Part shown: positions 19,744-29,057 of the stretch, in pieces
How positions within the stretch are numbered: the first letter of the stretch is position 1
How the letters are laid out: each line of letters starts with the position of its first letter
Assembly (NCBI GenBank): GCA_019448385.1
Contig: JAGTXO010000066.1
Location: forward strand, 24,521-56,520
Source: Diacronema lutheri
Lineage: Eukaryota
Length of the DNA: 32,000 bases
Direction: 5' to 3'
Position numbers and translations under genes: made by a program
Notes under the pieces: model-generated
The model's input: the letters and a program-made list of their open reading frames with translations, nothing else
Told to the model about the DNA's origin: nothing
Database searches by the model: none

Positions 19744-20661
19744 TCAAACAGCCGGCGCGGCGTACAACGCGCTGCGGCCGCGCGCCTCGAGGCCAAACCA
19801 GCGCTGGCTCTCGTCGCGCCCGGCAACATCGACCTCCGCGCCCTGCCAAAATTCGAGCACGAGTACTTGCCGCCTCCCCGAGAGCACCGGCGTCACGCCA
19901 TGCCGCTTGAGCGACAAGAAGACGAGCGCCGTCCCGCGGCCAAATTCATGCCGCACGCGTGCGCCCGCCGCGTCAAACGTCGAGAAATGACCGCCCTCGA
20001 ACGCGCCGGCGTCGGAGAGCATCACGTCGACCGTGACGAGCGAGCCGTGGTCACGGTGTTCTGGGTCGGGCAGCCCGCCGCCGCGCGTCTGCGCGTGGAC
20101 CTCGGCGCACCGGATGCCGAGATGCGCGGTTTTGATTCCACTCGTCGCGTTCCAGCGCTGCGCGGCGTCGACGGCGCGCACGGCGGCGGTGAGCTTGCGC
20201 GCGATCTCCGGCAGCTTGCGCTGCAGCACGTGGTTGGCCTGCAAGAAGGTCACCCGCCAGTGCGGATCGCGCGCGTGCGCGCCGCTCCACGAGCTGCGGT
20301 CAAAAACTGCAGTCGGGTCGGAGGTGGCGGTGCGCTCGGCGAGCTCGAGGATGTGATGCACGTCCGCCTCAGTGAGGAGTCCCTCGAGTGCGACAACCTC
20401 CGACGCCTGCGCGCGCTCGTCCGAGACCACATGCAGCGGCGTGGCGGAGAGCTCGAGGTAGCGCGCGTAGTCCTCGCGTGCGCGCTCGTCTACGCGGTCA
20501 GCACCGGGCGGCGCGGCGCGCGCGAGCTGCGCCGCGCGGAGAGGCGTGCTTTCTTGCGCGGCGGAGCGCGCGGACGCGTTGCGCCCCGACTGCCTTGGCC
20601 TCTGCGGCCGGGAGGAGAGGACGACGACCAGCGTCGCGATCAGCGTTGCCAACGCCGCCAT
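19744..20661 (-). CDS. 2OG-Fe(II) oxygenase, prolyl 4-hydroxylase-like, with an N-terminal hydrophobic anchor
   Basis: PDPEHRDHGSLVTVDVMLSDAGAFEGGHFSTFD...FGRGTALVFLSLKRHGVTPVLSGRRQVLVLEFW (HxD...H, R/K pattern of P4Hc domains). Start chosen at MAALATLIATLVVVLSS; upstream in-frame Mets exist (for example 20715). Confidence 0.72.
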   Translation of the reverse strand: MAALATLIATLVVVLSSRPQRPRQSGRNASARSAAQESTPLRAAQLARAAPPGADRVDERAREDYARYLELSATPLHVVSDERAQASEVVALEGLLTEADVHHILELAERTATSDPTAVFDRSSWSGAHARDPHWRVTFLQANHVLQRKLPEIARKLTAAVRAVDAAQRWNATSGIKTAHLGIRCAEVHAQTRGGGLPDPEHRDHGSLVTVDVMLSDAGAFEGGHFSTFDAAGARVRHEFGRGTALVFLSLKRHGVTPVLSGRRQVLVLEFWQGAEVDVAGRDESQRWFGLEARGRSALYAAPAV

Positions 20662-20674
20662 TGTGCGCGCAGGG

Positions 20675-21631
20675 ATGGCGGTGCTCGCGAGCACTGTGTT
20701 GGCGCTTGCGAGCATCCAGACGCGCCGTCTGACGCTACCCGAGATCGGCGCGCTCGCCACACGGGGATTTTGCGCCGTGCCCTCGTGGATCAGCAGCGCG
20801 GACGTCGAGCGCATCCGCGCCGACGTGCTTGCCGCCGATAGCGCCGGCATGCTGCGCACGGCGAGCGTCGGGAACGGCGCCACGGCGCGCGCCGACGACT
20901 CGATCAGACGGACGCGCATGTGTGGCCTGCTGCCGGGCCCGCCGTCGCGCGTCGGCTGTGTGGACACGCGCTTGCAGCTCACCGCCGCGATCGAGCGCCT
21001 GCGTATAGAGCTCGCTGAGCTCGCGTCCGACGGCGCGCTCGCGCCGATGCACGCGCTCACGCCCTTCGCGACCGAGTGCGCATACCTGAACTACCCACAG
21101 GGCGGCTACTACACGCGGCACTTGGACGTGCCGGCGGCAAATGAAGGCTGGCTCCGAATAGGCCGCGCACCCGCCGACGGCACGAGCGTCGCGCGGTGGG
21201 AGCGCCGGCGGACAATCTCTCTCCTCCTTTATTTGAACGCGGGCTGGGACATGGACGCGTGGGGCGGGCAGCTGCGCGTCTTCACGCGCGCGAGTGAGCC
21301 GTGCGCTACGCCGCAGGCAGCGGACGGCGGGCGCGACACTGCGTCGGAGGTGGCGCGCGTGCGCGGCGAGCGCGACCCCGCCGCGCGAGACGGCGCGGGC
21401 ACGGGCGCGAGCGCCGACGTGTGGGTGGACATCGCCCCCGAGGGCGGCACGCTCGTGCTGATGCGGTCTGAGCTCGTCGAACACGAGGTGCTCGCCACGC
21501 GGCAGCCAAGACAGTGCGTCGTCGCGTGGTTCCGCACGGAGCGGCGCGCAGGCTTATCGCCGTCGGGACCCCACCCCTGTACGGGCGAGTCAGCGAAGGG
21601 CGTCCACAGGGACGCGGGGCAACGAACGTAG
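20675..21631 (+). CDS. 2OG-Fe(II) oxygenase, EGLN/prolyl-4-hydroxylase-like
   Basis: CAYLNYPQGGYYTRHLDVPA...RRTISLLLYLNAGWDMDAWGGQLRVF...VDIAPEGGTLVLMRSELVEHEVLATRQPRQCVVAWFR: HxD, distal His and Arg in the expected order. Confidence 0.82.
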   Translation: MAVLASTVLALASIQTRRLTLPEIGALATRGFCAVPSWISSADVERIRADVLAADSAGMLRTASVGNGATARADDSIRRTRMCGLLPGPPSRVGCVDTRLQLTAAIERLRIELAELASDGALAPMHALTPFATECAYLNYPQGGYYTRHLDVPAANEGWLRIGRAPADGTSVARWERRRTISLLLYLNAGWDMDAWGGQLRVFTRASEPCATPQAADGGRDTASEVARVRGERDPAARDGAGTGASADVWVDIAPEGGTLVLMRSELVEHEVLATRQPRQCVVAWFRTERRAGLSPSGPHPCTGESAKGVHRDAGQRT

Positions 21632-21769
21632 CGGCGCGCAGAGCGCATGTCCGAAGGCAGAGCGATGGCACGCTGCAGGCGGCAGCGAATGAAAACGATG
21701 CACGGGGATCGACGACATTGACTGCTTAGTGCTGACCCCGCTGTCCTCACACTGGAACGGGCGGCCACG

Positions 21770-23363
21770 ATGGCGCCCGCGCGTTCGCTGATGTGGTCCG
21801 CGCTTCCCATCGTACGGACGGCGCACACGCGCGCCGCCTCGACGGCGTGCATCGACGTGCTCGGCGCGCGCGCCGACACGCCGTCGACCGCGCGTGCCGT
21901 CCACCTCAACGCCGCGGGCGCGTCACCGCCGCCGGCGAGCGTGCTGCGTGCGCAGATCGCGCACCTCGAGCTCGAGGCCGAGGTGGGCGGGTACGCCGCG
22001 GCAGCAGCGGCCGCGGAGGCAGAAGAGCGCGTGTACGCGTCGGTCGCGCGCCTTCTGAACGCCGCCTCGCCCTCCGAGATCGCGCTGCTCGATTCGTCCA
22101 GCACCGCGTTCGCCAAGGCCATCTACTCGGTGCCGCTGCGGCCGGGCCGCGACGACGTGTTGCTCTCGTGCAGCGACGCCGAGTACGGGGCGAACGCGGT
22201 GGCGCTGCTGCAGCACGCGGCACGGCACGGCGCGAGCGTTTGCGCGCTCCCCTCCGCGCCCGGCGGCGGAGTCGACCTCCGCGCGCTTGCCGGCGCGCTC
22301 GGGCGCGGGCGCGGGCGCGTGCGTGCTGTCTGCCTCACGCACGTTCCAACCAACTCGGGCCTGGTCGCGGACGCCGCGGCGGTCGGGAAAGTGGTGCGCG
22401 AATGCGCAGGCGCGCCTGAGGACGGCGGCCCGCTCTTCCTCCTCGACGCGTGCCAGAGCGTCGGCCAGCTGCACGTCGACGTGCGCGCGATCGGCGCGGA
22501 CTTCGCGAGCGCCACCGGACGGTGCGACGGCGCGTGTGTATGCGCGGTCGGGCCAGCCCCGCCACCTGGCGCCCGCGCCGCCTGCGCGTGCACTTGGCCC
22601 ACTCTCCACCACGGGTGAGCGTCCCCCCCAACCTCCCCCTCCCCGCGCGCGCCGTCGCCCAACCCCTCCGCTCACCTGCTCTGCGCGCAGGAAGTGGCTG
22701 CGCGCGCCGCGCGGGACCGGGCTGCTGTACGCGCGCGGCGCGCTGCTCGCGCCAGGATGCCAACTGCTTGCCGAGCCGCCAATGCTCGATCACGCCTCCG
22801 CCGAGTGGCTTGCGCCCGCCGGCGCGGCGCCCGACGTGCGCGGCGGCCGCGACAGCGGCGCGGACGGCGTGCGCGGCGCGCTCGGCCTTGGCGGGCTCGG
22901 CGCGTACGCGGTCCGGCAGGACGCGCGGCGCTTTCAGTTTTGGGAAGCGAGCATCGGCGCGCGCCTCGGCCTCGGTGCGGCCGTCGACTACGCGCTCGCC
23001 CTCGGCACGGAGCGTATTGAACGGGCAGTACGCGAGCGCGCGGCGCGCGTGCGCGACGCCGCGTGTCGCGTGCGCGGCGTGCGACTTGCCGACCCGGTGG
23101 CGGACGGCGACGGCGCGTGCGGCCTGTCGGGTGTCGTCGCGCTCGACGTTGAGGCACTCGGCGGCGCGAGCGCCGTCCACGCCGCGCTCGCACGCGCGCG
23201 TGTCATGGTGGGCACGAGCCCGCCGGGCTCGACGGCGCTCGACGCGTCGCGACGGCGGCTACCCACTCTGCTGCGCGTGAGCGCGCACTATTTCAGCGAT
23301 GATGCTGACGTCGAGGCGCTGCTGCGCGGCCTTGCCGAGTGCGCGCGCGACACTCGTCGGTGA
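21770..23363 (+). CDS. Class V aminotransferase / cysteine desulfurase-like PLP enzyme. Exons 21770..22521 and 22691..23363
   Basis: VHLNAAGASPPP, LLDSSSTAFAKAIYSV, VCLTHVPTNSGLVADAAAVG, LFLLDACQSVGQLHVDVRAIGADFASATGR|KWLRAPRGTGLLYARG. The splice (169-nt GT-AG intron 22522..22690) places the PLP lysine right after the junction. Confidence 0.88.
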
Positions 23364-23529
23364 ATGAGCGCCTCCTCGAGCGCGTGATCCTGGTTGCTGT
23401 GTCCCTGCAGCCCGAGCATGCGACCGCGCTTCACAAGAAAGTGCATGCCAGCATCGGTGCAGCGACGGTGAAAGGCCGCGGTGAGCGTGCTCACGTCTGT
23501 CAGCTGGTCGTTCGGGACGTTCGTCTTCC

Positions 23530-23755
23530 TCACACCATCAGCTGCTTCTCGGCCAGGCCGCCAAGCATCGTGCCGCCGCCCTGGACTCCGCCCGAGCACG
23601 GCAGCTCCGTGCGGCGCTCCTTGTCCCTCGCATGCACCCATTTCGCAATGCCATCGTCATCGACTTTTATCCACTCGCGCATCGTGCCGTACGGCACCGG
23701 GTAGCGGTCCTGATCCTTGCGGATGTCGTTCAATATGAGTGAGCTGTGCGTCAGC
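23530..23755 (-). CDS. Possible coding exon or gene fragment (SKLTHSSLILNDIRKDQDRYPVPYGTMREWIKVDDDGIAKWVHARDKERRTELP...)
   Basis: Non-repetitive protein-like sequence with less extreme GC than its surroundings; a second segment RKTNVPNDQLTDVSTLTAAFHRRCTDAGMHFLVKRGRMLGLQGHSNQDHALEEAL lies further along the minus strand (about 23360..23520) in another frame. No complete model. Confidence 0.3.
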
Positions 23756-24113
23756 TTCGAGCCGCGCGATCCTCCGGCGTGCGGCCGATCACGCAGGGCG
23801 GCGCCGCTGCCGAGCGATCGCGCCGCGACGGGCCCGTCGACGTAGAGATGGGAGGTTGGACCGGAAGTTGCAGCGGCTTGACGGAGGCATGTCGCCGGTC
23901 CTCGTCATTGAGCCGGCATGCCAGTTTCGCATTCTGCTCCTTCAAGTCTGCCAATTGCGCCCGCATCTCCTCCATCTCCTCCGACAGCCGCGCGCTCACG
24001 CCGGTGAACGTGCGCACCGCAAACGCGACCGCGGCGTCGCCTGCTGACGGAGTGGATAGTGGTGGCTGTGCGTTCTTGGTGACCCGAACAGGTAGCGCTC
24101 GCGCGGCCGACAC
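23751..24113 (-). CDS. Possible small coiled-coil protein or 5' exon of the minus-strand fragment
   Basis: ORF with RLSEEMEEMRAQLADLKEQNAKLACRLNDEDRR (heptad-like). Confidence 0.3.
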   Translation of the reverse strand: MSAARALPVRVTKNAQPPLSTPSAGDAAVAFAVRTFTGVSARLSEEMEEMRAQLADLKEQNAKLACRLNDEDRRHASVKPLQLPVQPPISTSTGPSRRDRSAAAPPCVIGRTPEDRAARS

Positions 24114-24208
24114 GCGGATGCGCGCGGGTTGGCGCTACTCCGCATTGCGCAAAAACCTGCACAATTACTAGCCCCACACGCCGCCATCGTGGCACGCGGC
24201 CCCACACG

Positions 24209-25318
24209 ATGCGCTTCCGCCCGTGCATCGACCTGCACGCGGGCACGGTGAAGCAGATCGTCGGCTCGACGCTCGGCGACGACCCGTCAAAGCTGCGCAC
24301 GAACTTTGAAAGCACGCGCTCCGCCGCCGAGTTCGCCAACATGTACCGGCGAGACAATCTCGTCGGCGGCCATGTCATCATGCTCGGGCCGGGCAACGAG
24401 GATGCGGCGCTCAGCGCGCTCGCGGCCTACCCGGGCGGGCTGCAGGTGGGCGGCGGCGTGACCGGCGCGAGCGCGCGCAAGTACCTTGACGCGGGCGCAA
24501 GCCACGTCATCGTCACCTCGTGGGTCTTTGTCGACGGCAAGCTGAGCCGCGAGAGGCTCGCCGAGCTCGTCGGCGCGGTCGGTGCGCGCGAGTGGCGCGC
24601 GCCCGCCCCGCTTAGCCCGCCTCTCGTGCCGTGCGGGCTCTTTGATCAACGCGCGCGCGCTGTCGCGTGCCGTCACGCCGGCTCGTGCTCGCGAGGGATG
24701 CGCGGCGAGCGCTCGGTGGGCGGGGCGGCGCGCCTCGCGGCGCCGCCTCGAGGCGCGCACGTTGGTCTCCGCGCTCGCGCGCGCGCCCGTCTGCGCATCC
24801 ATCAATCGTCCGCGCTCCTGCCGTGCGATGGCGCCGTCGGTTCCGAATTTGTGCGCGCCACCCCTGCCGTGGCGTGGCGCACAGGCCGCGAGCGCATTGT
24901 GCTCGACCTGAGCTGCCGGAAGCATCCGGACGACCCGTGCGGCCCTTACCACGTGGTGATGGACAAGTGGCAGCGATTCACCGACTGCACGGTGACGCGT
25001 GAGCTGCTTGCCGAGCTGGCGGCGAGCTGCGACGAATTCCTGGTGCACGGCGTGGACGTCGAGGGTAAGGGCTGCGGCATCGAGGACGAGCTCGTGCGCC
25101 AGCTGGGCGAGTGGTCGCCGCTGCCCGTCACGTACGCGGGCGGCTGCCGGGATCTCGAGGACATCGAGCGCGTGCGCGAGCTCGGCGGCGGGCGCGTGGA
25201 CGTTACGATCGGCAGCGCGCTCGATATTTTTGGCGGCGCGCTGCCGTACGCTGACGTCGTGCAATGGGACAAGCGCGAGGTTATACGGTCGTCGCCTCTG
25301 CCGGCGTGCACACCCTAA
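24209..25318 (+). CDS. hisA: Phosphoribosylformimino-5-aminoimidazole carboxamide ribotide isomerase (HisA/HIS6, eukaryotic type). Exons 24209..24581 and 24885..25318
   Basis: MRFRPCIDLHAGTVKQIVG, GGHVIMLGPGNEDAALSALAAYPGGLQVGGGV, EFLVHGVDVEGKGCGIEDELVRQLGEWSPLPVTYAGGCRDLEDI and VDVTIGSALDIFGG. The 303-nt (3n) GT-AG intron 24582..24884 is read through by the ORF; removing it gives ELVGAVG|RERIVLDLSCRK. Confidence 0.94.
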   Translation: MRFRPCIDLHAGTVKQIVGSTLGDDPSKLRTNFESTRSAAEFANMYRRDNLVGGHVIMLGPGNEDAALSALAAYPGGLQVGGGVTGASARKYLDAGASHVIVTSWVFVDGKLSRERLAELVGAVGAREWRAPAPLSPPLVPCGLFDQRARAVACRHAGSCSRGMRGERSVGGAARLAAPPRGAHVGLRARARARLRIHQSSALLPCDGAVGSEFVRATPAVAWRTGRERIVLDLSCRKHPDDPCGPYHVVMDKWQRFTDCTVTRELLAELAASCDEFLVHGVDVEGKGCGIEDELVRQLGEWSPLPVTYAGGCRDLEDIERVRELGGGRVDVTIGSALDIFGGALPYADVVQWDKREVIRSSPLPACTP

Positions 25319-25459
25319 GTTTGGACCTGCGCTGCGCGCGCTCTTTCGCTCGCTACGTTCGTCGCGCGCGCGCCTCGACTCTGTGTACGCCCCAAGTTTT
25401 GACTCGCCAAAGCGTCGCTGCCCCCCACCGCCCGTCCGCCCCACGTCGCTGGAAGTGCG

Positions 25460-25480
25460 AAGTTCGTAATTTTTGAACTT
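25460..25480. promoter_or_regulatory. Inverted repeat AAGTTC-N9-GAACTT in a local AT-rich patch 57 nt upstream of the GNAT ATG
   Basis: aagttcgtaatttttgaactt read directly. Confidence 0.35.
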
Positions 25481-25536
25481 AGGCGGTACTTCCTCGCGAG
25501 GCTGCGAATGGGCGGGTGGTCCCGCACCTCAGGTCG

Positions 25537-26376
25537 ATGATGGAGGTTGCGCCGCGGATGCTACGTGGCATGCGCGCGCCTCGCCGGCGGCCCTTCCGCT
25601 GGCTCATGGCCGCGGCACTGTCGTCGGCTGCCGTTGACGGCACGCGGCGCTCGCCACCGACAAGCGGCCGCTCACCTGCGCAGGCCGGCGGCGGTGCGAA
25701 CGGCCTCGTCGCTGGCGCGACCAACGCCTTCGCCGCGGCGAGCGCGCTCTTCCGTGGGCCTGATCTATCGGGCGGCGCGTCCGCCGCGCACGCGGCCCCG
25801 TGCGCGCCCCACGGCGCCCTCGCCATTCGCGAGGCCGGCCCGGCGGACGTGAACGCCATGCAACGGATCAACGAGGCCGTGCTGCCCGAGAACTACTCGC
25901 GCCAGTTTTACATGCAGCAGCTGGCGGATTGGCCGGGCCTGCAGCTCGTCGCGTGCGCGCCCGATCTCGCCGACCCCGACGATCTCGCCGCGCGACAAGC
26001 CGGCGCGGACGGCGCGCACCTCGGCCCGGTCATCGGCTATTGCCTCGGCAAGATGGAGGGCTCGCGCCGCGGGCACATCACGTCGATTGCTGTGCTGCCC
26101 GAACACCGGAACCGCGGCTGCGCGACGGCGATCATGCGCGAGGTGACGGCGCAGATGCGCGGCCGCTACGGCGCTGCCGCCGTCACGCTCAACGTGCGCA
26201 AGTCCAACGTGGCCGCGCTGCACGTGTACACGGACAAGCTCGGGTACGCCACCGACGCTATTTATACTCGCTACTATCAGGACGGCGAGGACGCGCTGCA
26301 TCTCGTGCTCACGCTCGAGCACGAGGATGGCGGAACAGACGGCGACGAGGTCGAGACGCGCGCCGAGGCCGCATGA
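25537..26376 (+). CDS. GNAT-family N-acetyltransferase resembling the Naa10 catalytic subunit, with an N-terminal extension
   Basis: IREAGPADVNAMQRINEAVLPENY, GYCLGKMEGSRRGHITSIAVLPEHRNRGCATAIMREVTAQM, NVRKSNVAALHVYTDKLGYATDAIYTRYYQDGEDALHLVLTL. The ORF track start at 25516 is GTG; the first in-frame ATG is 25537. Confidence 0.88.
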   Translation: MMEVAPRMLRGMRAPRRRPFRWLMAAALSSAAVDGTRRSPPTSGRSPAQAGGGANGLVAGATNAFAAASALFRGPDLSGGASAAHAAPCAPHGALAIREAGPADVNAMQRINEAVLPENYSRQFYMQQLADWPGLQLVACAPDLADPDDLAARQAGADGAHLGPVIGYCLGKMEGSRRGHITSIAVLPEHRNRGCATAIMREVTAQMRGRYGAAAVTLNVRKSNVAALHVYTDKLGYATDAIYTRYYQDGEDALHLVLTLEHEDGGTDGDEVETRAEAA

Positions 26377-26498
26377 GGCTGAGCTTGGTGAGCTGTCTGT
26401 GCGCCTGGCTGCCCTGTGTGAGATGTGAGATCAGCCTACGCCCCCATCCCTTTCGCTCGCTCCCTCCGTCACGCCTCGGCCCCGTGCGCCGGTGCGCG

Positions 26499-26536
26499 CC
26501 CCTCCTGCTGACCCGCCTGTAAGCGTCGTTAGTATA
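26499..26536 (+). promoter_or_regulatory. Copy 2 of the shared upstream element (…TGACCCGCCTGTAAGCGTCGTTAGTATA), followed by AT-rich TTTAAGCTTTTTGAAAC
   Basis: 32/38 identity to 15029..15066; upstream of the P450-like gene. Confidence 0.5.
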
Positions 26537-26647
26537 ATAATTTAAGCTTTTTGAAACTTTTTCGATTGTGGCTGACGGCCCAAAAACCGGTTGGATGCTG
26601 TGAGTACTACCCAGGCGTGCGGCGCCGCGGACTTTGGGCGCGGGGGC

Positions 26648-28694
26648 ATGCTCTGCTGCGGCGATCAGCCGAGCGGAGCCGTCGAGACAGCAGCCGCCGA
26701 GGATGACCGCTGGCCGCTGCGCACCGGCGCTCGGAGCGACGAGACCGGCCCGCTGACCCCCGCACAGGTGCGCCAGACGACGTCGATCTGGACGCTCGCC
26801 AAGTTCGCGTTCACCTGGGTTCTCGGCATCGCGCTCACGCCGCTCGTCCTGCCGTTCGCGCTCGTGTGGTTTGTGCTCGCACCGTTCTTCTTGACGACCA
26901 ATAACGCGTCGCTCGTCAAAGAGGAGGAGCAGATGCGCGCCCGTTACCCGCTCACTGGCGGCGTGAGCGAGGCGTACTGGGGCTCGCTCGTCGCGTCGAT
27001 CACCAAGCCGATCATCGGCCTCAAGCTGCCGCAGAACGCGTACAGCACGTGGTTGCAAGTATGCTTCCTGCCGCTACTTTTCTCCGTCGTCGTCGTGCCG
27101 CTCGCCGCGGCCATCAACTCTCCCGACCTCTTCACGTACGCGGCGCGCTCCGCGGCCGCCGCGCAGTTCTCGCGCGGCTCGCTCGGCTCGGGCACGCTGC
27201 CGAGCTGGCGCCAGGCGCTGCTTTTCCCGGCAATGATCGCCATATACGCCGGCGCGCTCGTCGACGCATACAGCCACATGTTCAACATGTTCCGCACCGG
27301 CTCGGGCCTAGGCGACGAGGTGAAGTACTGGTTTCACATCAACGCGCTGTGGACGGGCGGCCACGACGAGGTGGACGCGATCCTACGCTCCGGTCAAGTG
27401 CGCGGGCCGACGCGCGGTGGAATGCTCCTGATCGCGCCCGACATGTTCGCGCCGCGCATCCTCATCTTCCTCTCCAATCCAGCGAACGGGCGTGAGTCCG
27501 AGTGGGCGGCGATCCGTGCGCAGGCGCACAAGCTGCTCTTCGTGCCGAGCGGCGCGCGCGTCAAGGAGCTCGAGCGGCGCGTGCGCGCCGACTGGGCGTC
27601 GACTGGCTCGACGCCACCCTCCGTCGCCGACCTGCGCAACTCGGCGCACACCGTCCGGCTCACGACCAAGACGGTCTTCTTCACGCTGTTTGGCGTCTGG
27701 CTTGACGATGCCGATGCGCTCGTGCTCAAGGGGTGGCAGACGCTCGGAGGCGTCTTCACGCTGCCGCGTGCCACGCAGCGCCTTGCCTACAACGCAGGTG
27801 CGCGCGTGAGCGAGGCTGCGGTAAGCTCATCCTCTGCCCCTCCCGCATTCACAAACACGCACGCGCGCGCACACGCGCCTCGCAATCGGCGCGCGCCGCC
27901 GCGTCTGCAGTCGTGCGGCAGGTGGGCGCGCTCCGCATCAACTCGCTCGGCATCATGCGTAAGCACAAACTCGAGGGGCTCTTCGCGCAGTTCAACGAGG
28001 GGCTGGGCAATTGGAAGCGCGCGCAGCTCGCCGAGATGGCCGACGAGATCATGTTCCTCGTCGGGTTCGCCGGGATCGGCGGCACGTCGTCGGCGACCGC
28101 CTCGGTCGGCCGCTTCCTCGGCGTGCAGCAGTCGATCGAGGGCGGCAAGGACGGCGTCGACTTTGGCGGCAAGAGCGCGGCCGACATGCGCGCGCTCTAC
28201 ACCGCAAACCCACAAGCCTTCATCATGGTGTGTGTGCCGCGCCACATGTCGCTCATCCGCATCCGCCAGCGTTCGCGCCGCACCGTGCGCCGCCGCGCGC
28301 GTGCGCCGTGCGTCCCCGAATGACGCGCAGCGATGCCGCGCTGCGCTCCCACGTGCCACAGGAGACCTGCCGACTCTCCACGCCAGTCGGCGACATCACC
28401 ACGCTGCTACGCGAGGCGACGTCCTTCCCAGCGCTTGGCCTCGTGCCAAAAGGCACGCCGGTCGCCGCCGTGCTCAACATGGCCAACCGCGACCCGGCAG
28501 TTTTTCCAAAGCCCAACGTGTTCGACCCGTCACGCGCCGAGCTATCCAAGGCGCTCACGTGGAACGGGCAGGCCTTTGGGCCCAATGAGGCCAGCTACCC
28601 GCGCATTTGCCCGGGCCGCAACCTCGCCATCGAGCTCATCAAGGTCACGGTTGGCGTCGCGCTCTCCTCGGACAAGCTGGCGCACGCGCCCTGA
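26648..28694 (+). CDS. Divergent membrane-associated cytochrome P450-like protein. Exons 26648..27820, 27922..28227 and 28362..28694
   Basis: Heme-ligand segment FGPNEASYPRICPGRNLAIELIKV, ExxR-like QETCRLSTPV, I-helix-like EIMFLVGFAGIGGTSSATASV, and several hydrophobic N-terminal segments. GT-AG introns of 101 nt (GTAAGC donor) and 134 nt. The ORF track start 26591 is TTG, so the first in-frame ATG 26648 is used; the start is uncertain. Confidence 0.75.
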
Positions 28695-29057
28695 GCGCCG
28701 TAACCGTGCGCAACGCTGAGGGTGTTGTGCGCGGGAAGCGTTTTTCACAGAAATACTAGCGGCGCTTACGTCAGGACAGCGGGGTCACCACCAGCTACGG
28801 GGGAATCGAGTAGCCACCAATGTCGTCGATCCACAGAAATCACCCCGCCATCCCATCCCTTCTCTTCCCCCCCAACACAGCCCCAGTCGTGACAATGAGC
28901 GCCTGTCTAGAGCAAGAGTGTGCACCGCGGCGCATTCAAGCGCCCAATTCTGGCAAGCGCCCAGGCAAGCCGCGCCAACCCGCAGTCCGCTGTCTGGCTG
29001 TCGGTCTCGCCAACTGATGCCGCGCAGAGTCCGCGGACGGCGGACCGGAGACAAAAA

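Noticed and set aside
21923-22675. Minus-strand ORF antisense to the class V aminotransferase
   Set aside because: It overlaps well-supported PLP-enzyme coding sequence and lacks domain motifs.
24582-24884. Insertion domain in HisA/HIS6
   Set aside because: The extra 101 residues have GT-AG boundaries and removing them restores the conserved AVGRERIVLDLSCRK junction, so this is a 3n intron.
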